This document shows positions 53,437 to 64,000 of a stretch of DNA of 64,000 nt, piece after piece; positions within the stretch are counted from its first letter, which is position 1; each line of letters starts with the position of its first letter. The notes below the pieces were generated by a model, which saw only the letters and a program-made list of their open reading frames with translations, was not told where the DNA came from and did not search any database. The DNA comes from Lingula anatina (lineage: Eukaryota > Animalia > Brachiopoda). The stretch is taken from contig CM120642.1 in assembly GCA_051362555.1 (NCBI GenBank), positions 28,396,001 to 28,460,000 on the forward strand, given 5' to 3'. The position numbers were made by a program, and so were the translations under genes.

Positions 53437-54336
53437 AAAGAGAAAGAATAAAAGAGTACTAGTAGGCATTATCTTTGACCATCATTATCCTTTTCTAGAA
53501 GCCCAGTCCTTCATATGTCAAGGCTAATCAGTACTACAACTTTCTCATCATATGCTTCTGAGTCATCCAAGTTTACTGGTACAAGTACCCTAAAACACTA
53601 TGGTACTGGAATGGCACAATGTTCAAATACCATATGTGTACAATGTAGGTATAAATTTTCTGTGTCTTAGCTGAAAATACATGTACCTACATATATCAGC
53701 AGCAGATCTGATCTACAGTTCTATAAGTACAATATATATAAAATATAGTTTTCTTGACCACTTCTAGGTTCTAGAGCTTATCTGATGAGAGACACATGAC
53801 AGACTTGACAGTCCAGCCAAAGGTTAAACTATTAGATAAAGTGCTGACACTGTTAACATGTATTTGGGTCATAAATCAGAACTGTCCACTGACCAGGTTT
53901 CATGTACTTATGTATGTTTTCAAGGATATCTATTTGTTTATTGATGGATTTATTTTACCTATAATACTGCATACAGCTGTCTATAGACATTTTAGCAACT
54001 ACATTATGACTTAAAATTTGAGGCAATTCTATATAAATGTGCCATTTTAAATTTCAATATCACAGGAAGGACGATCACCTGCAATAAAACTTATGCTTCC
54101 AAATAAAAACAACTGACTAAATGGCAGAAATCAAAAAGAAAATCGGACAATTTCTTAAATACTACAGTGTAACTACATCATATATTGAACTCTACTGGTA
54201 CGTACACGTGTACTGTATAAGAACAAAGTTCTGTAAATACATTCAATACCTCATTCTTCCTGACAACTGTATAACTGGGCGTTTCTATGCCACTGGAGGT
54301 GAAGGCAGATGCAATGGTTTTCAGGATGGCAGTCAT
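51871..54336 (-). CDS. HEBP2: SOUL/heme-binding protein 2-like gene A, no signal peptide. Exons 54250-54336, 53076-53205, 52412-52592, 51871-52060
   Basis: Spliced translation MTAILKTIASAFTSSGIETPSYTVV..DYEERAYPATMWVST..GFWKLFNYIQGKNEK.MKIDMTAPV..PGAGPNCENTFTVSFF..PPKPTNPDVF..VRSFGGF..YYYTAGYDSPFKMFNRTNEVWF carries the SOUL family motifs. Confidence 0.93.
53382..53434. repeat. (TA)n microsatellite. Others in the window: poly-T 3206-3245, (GA)n ~11005-11065 and ~13533-13580, (CA)n ~19728-19771, (AAT)n ~61850-61900
   Basis: Directly visible simple repeats. Confidence 0.95.
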
Positions 54337-55942
54337 TTTGAAGTTCTGAAAGTGAGCATGTACCAGTAACGTGAAAAATTGACATTAATGGTACTTAACT
54401 TAAATGCCCGCATGTTCCAACTAGGTCATTCCACAGAAAAAGTGAACCGAGTCATATTTTAGTGGTGGACACACTTTGTGACATGTTTGCAAAACCCTGT
54501 TCTAAAGTACCCTCTATCAAGGGGACAGACTGATTTTTCACAAAATATTCACAGATGTGTCTTAAGATAAATAGACAGTCATTTGATACTCTGACTTTTT
54601 GAAAATTTGCCTAAAATATCTAACCCTGGTAGAGGGTACATGTACATGTACATGTAGTTCTAAACTAATTTAACAGCCAGAAAAATGCCAGTACAACTAA
54701 TTAAAATATTCGACAATCATATGAACAATTTACACCTAAATATCATCATCTTAATCCAGTCGTTCTCACCCTTGTAAACACTGAATTTGTCACCAGTCTG
54801 TTCCCGTTTACTGCTAACATTCACTGGGTTTTATGTTGTACAGCCTTGTCAGTGAAACCTAACTCATGTTTTCATAACACTCAAGGCCATGCGCACAAAC
54901 ACGTGCGGTTATCTAGGTCAGGTTGGCCGAGTCCAATGTTTGAGGTAGAACACGATGCTTAAAATTAATTTTAGTCTTCATTATTTGCCATCAGCATAAG
55001 AAACTTTTGGAAGACATCCAGTATTAAGAGTTTCTTGTACGAGCTTCTATCTTTATACAACAAGTGATGTTTTATTTGTTCTTCTTTATATATCTTGCCA
55101 AAGACTGTCTTCCCTTTTCATGAGACGGGTTGATTTATATTACTGTGCATATTATTATGTTGTGTAACGTGAAAGTTAGTACAAGTCGTTGGCTACAGGT
55201 GAGTATACAGTAAATCTCTGTGTTAAATATTGAATTACTTATTGTCGTTGTGTAAGTGCATACCCATGTGTTTGATTTGTCTTGAAGATTTTACAGGACA
55301 TGTTCCCTTATTTTTCTGCCTAAGAGTCATGCAACAGTGCTGCATGTACCCGCGGTGTAACAGGAATGAAGTCCGCTTCCCATTACTTTGTACAGGTGAC
55401 ATTTGTCCCATATACTAACCCCAATACTCAAACAAACCCTTACCTGTACTTATATCATATGGGAGGGGGGGGGGGTCCGAACGGGATAAATTAACCCGCC
55501 GAATAAATTTTCCTCGAGAACAAATGCAATTTCCTGTACTCATGAAGCCTTGTTCAACCCATCTGTGCATTTGCATGGGTTCTATGTTCAAATTTATTTT
55601 ATTTTATTTTATTTTAATGATTGAGATAAAATTCTGTCCGATCATTTAAAAAAACGCGCCTTCTGTAAGTTGTAGCTAAAAGTAGTAGGGTTGTAGTAGT
55701 ATTGGATTTATATTTTCAAACTCACAGAAAACAGAGGGGCAAAAGGAGATTCAACTGGGATCTCATATTTGCAGATGGTGAAATCATGATAATAATAAAG
55801 CTTTAAGACAGAAAACAAAACTGAAAATAGAAAACTGTCCTAGCTCACTTCTCAGAACCTATAGTAATAGCTTGTTCTCAAATTTAAAGGGCTTGTTACT
55901 GAGAACGTGTTTTTCCCTTTATGCTTATCTAACATAAACTAT

Positions 55943-56161
55943 GGCTCTATTCCCATAGATTTTAGATCGATCTATCCCCGTGGGGAGTCTCACTAGATTA
56001 CTTTCAGATAATCCGACTTAAATGTCCGTCCCAGTCCCGCCTACTACAAGCTTTAAGGGGGTAATTAACTTTCGTGTCCGCCCGACTGACAGCTATTTGG
56101 CGTGAACCCCCAGGGAGTTAGGTCGATCTAAAGTAGGTCAATCTAATCTATGGAAATGGGG
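55943..56161. mobile_element. Degenerate MITE-like element just left of the DIRS element
   Basis: Left end ctctattcccatagatt(tt)agatcgatcta compared with right end tagg..aatctaatctatggaaatgggg: imperfect inverted termini. Confidence 0.5.
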
Positions 56162-56402
56162 TGTAAAATAAGTGCTTCCAACATTTTGACTTACCATGGC
56201 ACATTAGGCCTATATACTAGTAATTCTTTTTCGTAAGAAGAATTTCGTTGGTCTTAACTGAGATCCGGTTGCGCGCGCAGGGCACTTTAGGTTGCACGCT
56301 AGTTGAAGCAAGGAGTCTTGGTGCAATACTCCTTGGTTGAAGGGCGAATTTGTCTAGTGGCGCTGATCTTTTTCACCGAAACGTGGTTTTGGGTGATTTT
56401 TA

Positions 56403-57611
56403 TTGTGCACGTGGTGCATGCTATATCGTTATAGACAGTGGTCTTGCCGTTTGCAACGGTATTTGGCGCAATTTCAGTCAGGTTTCGTCGTCTGCTTCTG
56501 GACACGTGGTGTCATGGCGGACGAAACTACATGTAGTACCATTACTAAAAATGGACCTGAACACGTGAGTGATGGCAGGAAGGGTAAAGGGAAGTCGGCT
56601 TCCAAAAACCCTAAGTCTGTGGAGAAATCCTCGTCAGAGGATAATATTATGTCATTACTGGTATCTTTAAAAGCCTCTGTGGACGCTCAGGACGGCAGGT
56701 TAGAGAACATCGTCAGCCGTATTGATAATATGGAGGCGCAATATTCTCAGTATGACGACGAAGTTTACGTCGATTATGAATGTGTTGAGCCGGAGGAGGC
56801 AGGCACATCGGGTGAAAAAAGGAAGTTGGACTCGTATCTTCCCGACACGGAAGACAACCTGTTTAAGCACATGGCCAAGAAGTTTAACATGTCGGAGGAA
56901 ATGGCCGACAACGTGGATGATGTGCTGGCCAAAACTGTGAACGATCTTTTTATGAATGGCCTGGACGAACAACATTTAAACGAGTTGATAAAACAGAACC
57001 ACAGGCCAGGTAACTGTGATTACCTGCAAGTCGTGAAAACCAACCAGTTGATATGGGACCAGGTCCCAGGTTGGACCAAGGCAAACGATAGGAAAATGCA
57101 AAACATAGCACATACTTTGGTTAAAGGTGCAAACATTTTAGTTAAAACTGTAAACCAGATGGCCTTATATGAAAGGAATCCAGAAAAGGACACGAGTGAT
57201 CATATTGGCAGCATGATCGAAAACTGCAACGATGTCCTAGCACTCATGGGACATATGAACAGGCAGATAAATATGACAAGGAAAGATTTTTTGAAACCGC
57301 AATTGAGCGGAGAATATACTCACCTCTGCAGTCATGAGCTGGCTTACAGCCAAAAATTTTTATTTGGAGACGATCTTCCCAAAATGGCAAGGGATATAGA
57401 GGATTGCTCAAAAATCAAACATAAATTGTTTGACAGATCTCTCAGAGGACGTAGAGGACGTGGTGCCAGAGGCCGTGGATCTGTGTACAGAGGTGTTAAT
57501 CGACCTACTGGAGGGGGAAGACCCAGAGTGTGGCAGGATGATCCTGGAGCAGGGCCTTCTTTTGCAAAAAACTATGTACGCAGGGGACAGAGGAATCTGC
57601 CCAAGCAATAA
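56403..57611 (+). CDS. DIRS ORF1, gag-like (probable ATG at 56514)
   Basis: First ORF of the element. Has a coiled coil, 'RPGNC..L.V...N..IW' and 'LFGDDL' motifs as in invertebrate DIRS ORF1, and an RG-rich C-terminus. Confidence 0.85.
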   Translation: MCTWCMLYRYRQWSCRLQRYLAQFQSGFVVCFWTRGVMADETTCSTITKNGPEHVSDGRKGKGKSASKNPKSVEKSSSEDNIMSLLVSLKASVDAQDGRLENIVSRIDNMEAQYSQYDDEVYVDYECVEPEEAGTSGEKRKLDSYLPDTEDNLFKHMAKKFNMSEEMADNVDDVLAKTVNDLFMNGLDEQHLNELIKQNHRPGNCDYLQVVKTNQLIWDQVPGWTKANDRKMQNIAHTLVKGANILVKTVNQMALYERNPEKDTSDHIGSMIENCNDVLALMGHMNRQINMTRKDFLKPQLSGEYTHLCSHELAYSQKFLFGDDLPKMARDIEDCSKIKHKLFDRSLRGRRGRGARGRGSVYRGVNRPTGGGRPRVWQDDPGAGPSFAKNYVRRGQRNLPKQ

Positions 57612-59658
57612 ATGAGGTAAATAATTATTTTGAAGCAGGTAGATTGGCAGACTTTATTGATCAATGGAAACTGATTACAAGTGACCTATTTATTCTTGAC
57701 ATTGTAAAGCATTGTCATATTAATCTAGATTTCAACGGTGGGATTCCCGCCATTGTGAAATCAAATTGCAAGTTTAATAGGTTAGAAATGTCCATTATTG
57801 ACATAGAAATTAAAAAATTATTGGACATGAAAGTGATTATTCCTGTGAATAGTGAAGCAGGCCAAATTTTATCACCGATTTTTTTGAGACAGAAAGAAAA
57901 TGGTGAATACAGATTAATTCTGAATCTAAAGAAATTAAATCGGTTCATTCCATATCAGCATTTAAGATGGAAACCTTTGAGAAAACCCTACCATTGATAA
58001 CCAAAAATGTAAAAATGGGGTCTGTCGATATCCGTCATGCTTATTATTCAATTAAACTTGCAGATGAACAGCAAAAATTTTTTAGATTCCAGTGGAGAGA
58101 TAAAATCTACCAATATACCTGCTTACCCAATGGGGTCAGTGAAGGCCCGCGATTGTTTACAAAACTTCTTAAACCAGTTTTTGGGAAACTGAGAAGTTTA
58201 GGTTATGTTAGTTCAGGGTACATTGATGACAGTTTAATAATTGGCTGTGATGATTTAGAATGTACGGAGAACTTAAATGCAACAGTTACACTTCTGTCCA
58301 AATTGGGTTTCATCATAAATGAAGACAAATCAGTTTTGAGACCAACAAGCAAGTTAAAATTTTTGGGAAATGTTATTGATTCTGACAAAATGATAGTAAC
58401 ACTGCCACTTGACAGGCAGGAGAAAATAATTTCTGCATGCAAAGAGTTGTATTATGTTTCAAAGGCACCTATTAGACAAGTGGCGAGAGTCATTGGGTTG
58501 TTAGTAGCAAGTTTTTCAGCTGTGGATTATGGCAAACTGTACTATAGGAAGTTAGAAAGAGCAAAGATTAAGGCTTTACAAGAATCGAAGGGTAACTATG
58601 ATGCACCCATGATAATATCAAACAGTATGAGGTCAGATTTAATTTGGTGGATTGTCAACTTGAAATCCCAGCATAGGGTTATTGCTAGACCAAACCCCTC
58701 AGAGACTTTACATACAGACGCATCCACTTTAGGTTGGGGTGCAAGTTATAAAAACAATAATATTGGAGGTAGATGGACGGATGTAGAGGGTAAATTGCCT
58801 ATTAATGTATTAGAATTAATGGCCATTTTGAATGCACTCAAGTCCCTCAAACGTGATCTTAAGTCAAAGCATATTAAGGTGATGTCAGATAACACTACGG
58901 CAGTGTCATACATTAACAACATGGGAGGCACAGTTTCTGAAAACTGTAATAAAGTAGCATGTGACATATGGATTTGGTGTATATCACATGATGTCTGGTT
59001 AACATGTACACATATAGCTGGCAAAAATAATGAGGCAGCAGATAAGGCTTCCAGAGAATTCAAGGATGATCTTGAATGGAAATTAGACAGCAAGATTTTT
59101 CATAAGATATGTAATTTTTGGGGAATCCCAGATATAGACTGCTTTGCATCTAGAATAAATGCTCAAGTAGAAACATATTGTTCATGGAAGCCTGATCCAA
59201 ACTGCTCTTTTGTTGATGCTTTTACCATTGACTGGGAAACTTTTAACTCAGTTTATTTGTTTCCACCTTTTAGCTTACTGGGAAACTGTGTGCAGAAAGT
59301 CAGACAGGACAGAGCCAAGGGAATCATTGTAGCACCAATGTGGCCCACACAAGCATGGTTTCCGAGACTGATGGAATTGTTGGTGGAGAAACCAGTCATA
59401 ATACAGAAAAAGAAGAATCTTTTAAGACTTCCTCACCTGCAGTTGAAACACCCTTTGGAAGGGAAATTAAGACTGATTGCTTGCAAAGTGTCAGGAATAG
59501 TTTCAGAGAACGAGGATTTTCAGAGGACTCTACCAAAATACTTATGTTGTCTTGGAAAACAGGGACACAAAAACAATATAACACACACATTAACAGGTGG
59601 TTTCAGTACTGTAGTAAAAGGACGATTACTCCACTTTCGCCAACTTTGGAAGCAGTAA
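57572..59658 (+). CDS. DIRS pol: reverse transcriptase, RNase H and DAM-like DNA adenine methyltransferase domain; split by a 1-nt frameshift near 57963
   Basis: Reads 'GRL..F...W..IT' and 'SPIFL..K..G.YRLILNLK.LN..I.YQH', then shifts frame to '(F)KMET..DIRHAYYSI..LPNG..PRLFTK..YIDD'. RNase H motifs TDAS, INVLEL, SDNTTAV and N..AD..SR follow, then methylase-like 'IDCFAS..DAFTIDW..YLFPPF..APMWPTQAWF'. Confidence 0.92.
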
Positions 59659-60459
59659 TCGAGTTTTTAACTGAACAATTTAATAAAGGTTTGGGTTATG
59701 AGAGTTTGAACACTGCACGTGGAGCTCTCTCAGCTTTAGGAATAAACTTTGATGGATTCAGAATTGGAAATCACCCATTAATTATCAGATACATGAAGGG
59801 TGTGTTTGCAGCCAGACCATCACAACCCAGATACACAGAGGTGTGGGATGTTGAAAGAGTATTGACATATTTGAGGAAACTTTCTCCTGTTAAGCATATA
59901 ACTCTCAAAGATTTGACATTAAAGCTAGTGATGCTCATGGCTCTGACTCAAGCTGCACGTACACAAACTTTGCAGTTGTTAAGTTTTCAAGGTTATAAAA
60001 AATTGAGAACTGAGTTTTTGTTCAAGTTAGATGGTTCTTTAAAACAAAATAGGCCAGGTTATAATGTTGTTTCAGTATCTTTTAAGGCCTACCCTCCAGA
60101 CAGGAGGCTTTGTGTGTATACTGTATTGAAGGAATATTTGTTTCGCACGAAAGTCATGAGAAATGACAAGAACTGTGCACGTTTGTTAATAAGTTACATG
60201 AAACCACATCATAATGTCGCAAGAGACACAGTAGCAAGATGGATAAAAACTGTTATGAGTAGAGCTGGTATAGACACATACATTTAGCTCTCACAGTGTT
60301 AGAGCTGCAGCTACCTCTAAGGCAAAAGCCTCTGCAGTACCTATATCAGTCATTATTGACAAAGCTGGTTGGTCTAAGAAAAGTACTTTTGCGAAGTTCT
60401 ATGACAAGCGCATTGTAAGTAATCAAGACAGATTCCAGGATGGAGTTCTGGGTAAATAA
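59340..60459 (+). CDS. DIRS tyrosine recombinase (YR), overlapping pol, frameshifted near 60283
   Basis: Motifs 'SW..GT.KQY', 'LNTARGALS', 'HPLI.RYMKG', 'P.Y...WDV..VL', 'ALTQAAR' and 'LCV...L..YL..T'. After GIDT the catalytic 'HSVRAAATS..AGWS..STFAKFY' continues in another frame to TAA at 60457-60459. Confidence 0.92.
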
Positions 60460-61013
60460 AGAATCTTTTGAAATGAATGAAATGTTTGTCACATTAAGCT
60501 TTAAAGTCTCAGTTAAGACCAACGAAATTCTTCTTACGAAAAAGAATTTAAAAAATTAAACGAGACTTACCTTGGTTAAGTCGAAGTTTGATTTCAATTC
60601 TTTGAGTAAAGAATTGAGGGAGGGCTTAACTGCCACCCTCCCACCCAACTTTGGGTTACAGCTCATTGCTTGTATTATAGAGGAAGAGAGCTGTGGGGAA
60701 TTAATGTAATTAATTCCATGTGGTTAATGTGACAAACACTTTGAAAAGTGCCCTGCGCGCGCAACCGGATCTCAGTTAAGCCCTCCCTCAATTCTTTACT
60801 CAAAGAATTGAAATCAAACTTCGACTTAACCAAGGTAAGTCTCGTTTAATTTTTTAAATTTGTAGTTTTAACTAAAATTCCATTGCTTGCATGCAGGTTA
60901 GACTATATCATTTAACATTGTCCAATTTTTTTTTTTTTTAATCAGCTGTATTTACAACATGGTCATATGACTTTCTAATATGTGTAATACATATGTATTT
61001 CAGAGGTGAAACA

Positions 61014-61848
61014 ATGCAAAGAACAATTTCAGTCGCTTTTTTCTTCCTGTCCCTGAGTCTTGCCCAAGCTGGGATTTTTGATGAAATCGCAGACCAAGCA
61101 CTCAAGTTTGTGCCCAAGTATGCGCCCAAGTTTATCAAGAATGTAGAGACAGGCACCTCTTCAGGCAAACCCGCATTTTGCAATGACCTGGACTGTCCAC
61201 AATATACGGTAGTGAAGAAAGAAAAAGTAAGTTTCTTTAAAATTAATTCATGTTGTTGCTTCTGGCAGATTTGTAGTTACCCTGTCATCTGTATAAAGTA
61301 TATTGTAGGGTTAGGATGTTTTGCAAAACTTGTCTTACCAAACAGGACATAAGTGTGGTTTTTAAATTAAATAAAGATCCAGAGTTTTTTCAACATTGAG
61401 CAATTTATATGACATGGATATGTTGTGTTGAAGTATTTCTGTTTCTTATTTTCATCAAATTGAGTGTTTCCTAAGAATGAAACCCATTTTTATGGTCCCC
61501 CAAAATATTTGGTCTTAGCCTTTTAGTTGTTTGCACTTCCAAGTCCATATAAATACATTGCAGTATTTTAGTAGGCACAGTGTGTGAGATTTTGAGTCAA
61601 AATACAGATAGTTCTACATTTAAAATAACTGCATAAATGAAGACATTTTGGCCTACATTTTCAGTATCCCTTTTTTTGTTTATTTCAGGATTATGAAGTA
61701 CGCAAGTATGTCAAAACCACCTGGGTGAGCACCAGTATGAATGGAATTAGCTATGATGAATCCATTTATAAAATGTTCATGAAGCTCTTCAATTATATCC
61801 AGGGAGATAATGTTGCAGGTTAGTGGTAATTTTTAATTGATGATTTCA

Positions 61849-61902
<54 letters not shown>

Positions 61903-63151
61903 GTAGAAGTTTTATGGTTCTGTTCTCAAGGAAGTGATTAATAATTCCCAAATAATTAAAACTACACACACACATTTACACACACACACACACACTTAAA
62001 TAATAAATATGAGACGTGAACCCCAACTCTGAGTTTCACGGACATACCCATAGGATGCCTGATCATCAGGAAGTGTTTATGTATACAGTACAGTTAAGTG
62101 TATATATATATACACTTTCACCTTAGAATGCAGGGATAAGTAAGAAAACTATGGCTTTACAAGTAAACCAATGCTCTACAAAACTGTAAAATACTTGACA
62201 TATAGTTGACATAATGCATAATGGCATGTCAGGATTCCATTGAATACCGGTAAAAGCTTTTTTGAATTGAAAATTAGGATTATAAAACTTATAATTAAAA
62301 AAAAATAAATCTTTTCTTTCAGGTAAGAAGATTGCTATGACTGCCCCAGTAATAAACCGCCTGATTCCTGGCCCAGGCCCAGCTTGTGAGAATAACTTCA
62401 CCATGTCGTTCTTCATGTCACCTAAAATCGAGGACCCACCTAAGCCTAAAAATAAGGATGTTTTCCTCAGTACTTTGCCAGAACTGACTGCCTATGTCAG
62501 GTAAGTCTGTCAAAATGAGGAGTATTATATATTCAAAGGAACCAAATTTTTAGTAAGAATTAAAATGTTGCTTTTTATTAAGTTGCCTCTTATAAATTAA
62601 GTAAACAATATGTTAATTGAAGGGGACAAAGTAGTTGTTATATGAAGGAAGATTAGGATCCCTACATGATTTTGATATTTAAAATGGCAATGTTAGGGTG
62701 TTTAAAGGAATGCATATAAATTGTAATCAGTTCAGTTTTCATTGTGTACTTCCCAACTGCAGTTTTTTTACCTGTTCCTTGAAAAAGCAGCCTATATTGT
62801 CAATCAGTAATCCTTTTGGTAATTGTTGGAGTTTTGCCACATCAGATAAAACGATAAATCTGTATTTAATTCTTTTTTTCAAATTAATTATCAGTACTTG
62901 TATAGCTGCCATACATGTTACAGATCTTATATGTAGATGGTCTTTGAATGAGCAACATTTTGAAATCCCTTTACAGTTCATTTGGAGGATTTGCCACAGA
63001 GACGGATGACATTCAAAAAGCAGCAAAGTTGGCTCAGATGTTAAAGGATGCTGGAGTTTCCTTCTACGAAGACTTCTACTACACTGCAGGTTATGACAGC
63101 CCGTTTAAACTTCTTAACCGCCACAATGAGGTGTGGTTTATTGGAAAGTAA
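61014..63151 (+). CDS. HEBP2: SOUL/heme-binding protein 2-like gene B, with signal peptide. Exons 61014-61226, 61689-61818, 62323-62500, 62977-63151
   Basis: MQRTISVAFFFLSLSLAQA signal peptide, then KPAFCNDLDCPQYTV, DYEVRKY..WVST, FMKLFNYIQG.N, KIAMTAPV, PGPGPACENNFTMSFF, SFGGF and YYTAGYDSPFKLLNRHNEVWF. Same coding intron positions as gene A. Confidence 0.93.
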
Positions 63152-64000
63152 TATTATAACATGCCAGTGCTGTAGGTTGGGTTGAGGAAAAAAAGATGGA
63201 GGGGGGGCAGCTGAGAAGCTGATGCTGTAGATCCACTATACAAGTACGCTATTTGCAGGCCTAACACTTGTGCATCTCATCTTGACCAGTCTGAAAGATA
63301 TTTAGGGACTTCTGATGGACCTTGAAAAAAGAAAAAGCTAACATTTCATGAAGATAAAATTTTCAAGTTTTTATTTATATTTATGAAGGAATAACCCCCC
63401 TCCCCTCCATCCCCTGCTGCCTGCAGCCCTGGGTGTGTGAACAGAGATAAGGGTAGGGGAAAAAGATTAGCCTCTCCCCTTCTATTCAATTAACCAGTGC
63501 TTATTGTATGCTGAGCCAAAGTTACATCTCATTTAGAAGATCTTTCAGAAATCTGCTGTCTTTCTCTTTACACTTAAAACTCTCTTGCTGCTTTTTGTAG
63601 TGTTAACATGAACTATACTGCCTTAAAGAGAGTTGTCTATAATAGATAAATTACATCATAAAACATTTTAAGATACAGTGTTGATTGCAGAATATCAGAT
63701 ATGTATTGAAGACTGCAGGGTAGTCTGGACACTCTTTGAATATTTTTATATGTGAACCTTCATTATAGGCATAGAATAGAAAGCATGGATATTTTGATAT
63801 TAACAAGGTTGTGATGCATTAATTCCAATTTATGTTCTTGTTATATCTTAATTTGAACTAATATTACTACTCTATAAGGGGGATTTTCTATTATTTACGT
63901 TTTATTTTACAAATTTATAAAAGAATAATTTCTCTGTTATCTGCCATCAAAATAGAAATTTCATGTGGCAAGCATAAGAACATGTCTCTTTCTTGATGTC

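Larger units (their letters stand above)
56222..60860 (+). mobile_element. Full-length DIRS1-type tyrosine-recombinase retrotransposon
   Basis: 36-bp perfect ITR core at 56253-56288 and 60745-60780. The internal complementary region 60507-60632 is the reverse complement of the left end (56222-56263) joined to that of the right end (60773-60860), overlapping at AATT. Contains gag, RT-RNaseH-methylase and YR ORFs. Apart from the shared AATT, no TSD. Confidence 0.97.

Noticed and set aside
57955-57970. Programmed frameshift inside RT
   Set aside because: There is no X XXY YYZ heptamer in register and the break falls within the conserved HFKME motif, so an indel is more likely.
57612-59442. Spliced YR mRNA from ATGAG|gtaaat (57617) to acceptor cctgcag|59442
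   Set aside because: The join gives ATG AGT TGA, an immediate stop that is out of the YR frame.

Overview
AT-rich, intron-rich genomic DNA from an invertebrate animal (probably a lophotrochozoan or mollusc; inferred from gene and repeat content). In order along the window: the 3' end of an SLC16/MCT transporter (+); an RTE-LINE relic; HEI10/CCNB1IP1 (+, 11 coding exons, one U12-type intron and one probable GC-AG intron); and ABHD16A (-, 19 coding exons, 8863-36142). Intron 8 of ABHD16A (16.8 kb) holds an opposite-strand cluster of seven secreted-protein genes. One is a 5-exon gene for a signal peptide + Cys/coiled-coil + unnamed globular domain protein. The other six are two-exon collagen-stalk C1q genes, one carrying a nonsense codon, with unusual His/CxC apical loops. 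Next come TTLL11 (+, head-to-head with ABHD16A), a 4.4-kb HINE/pearl-like tandem array, and two divergently transcribed SOUL/HEBP2 genes, one of them secreted. A structurally complete DIRS1-type tyrosine-recombinase retrotransposon (ITRs, ICR, gag, RT-RNaseH-methylase, YR) lies between them, probably in the 5'UTR intron of the secreted gene. All exon models were read by eye and no database searches were run.
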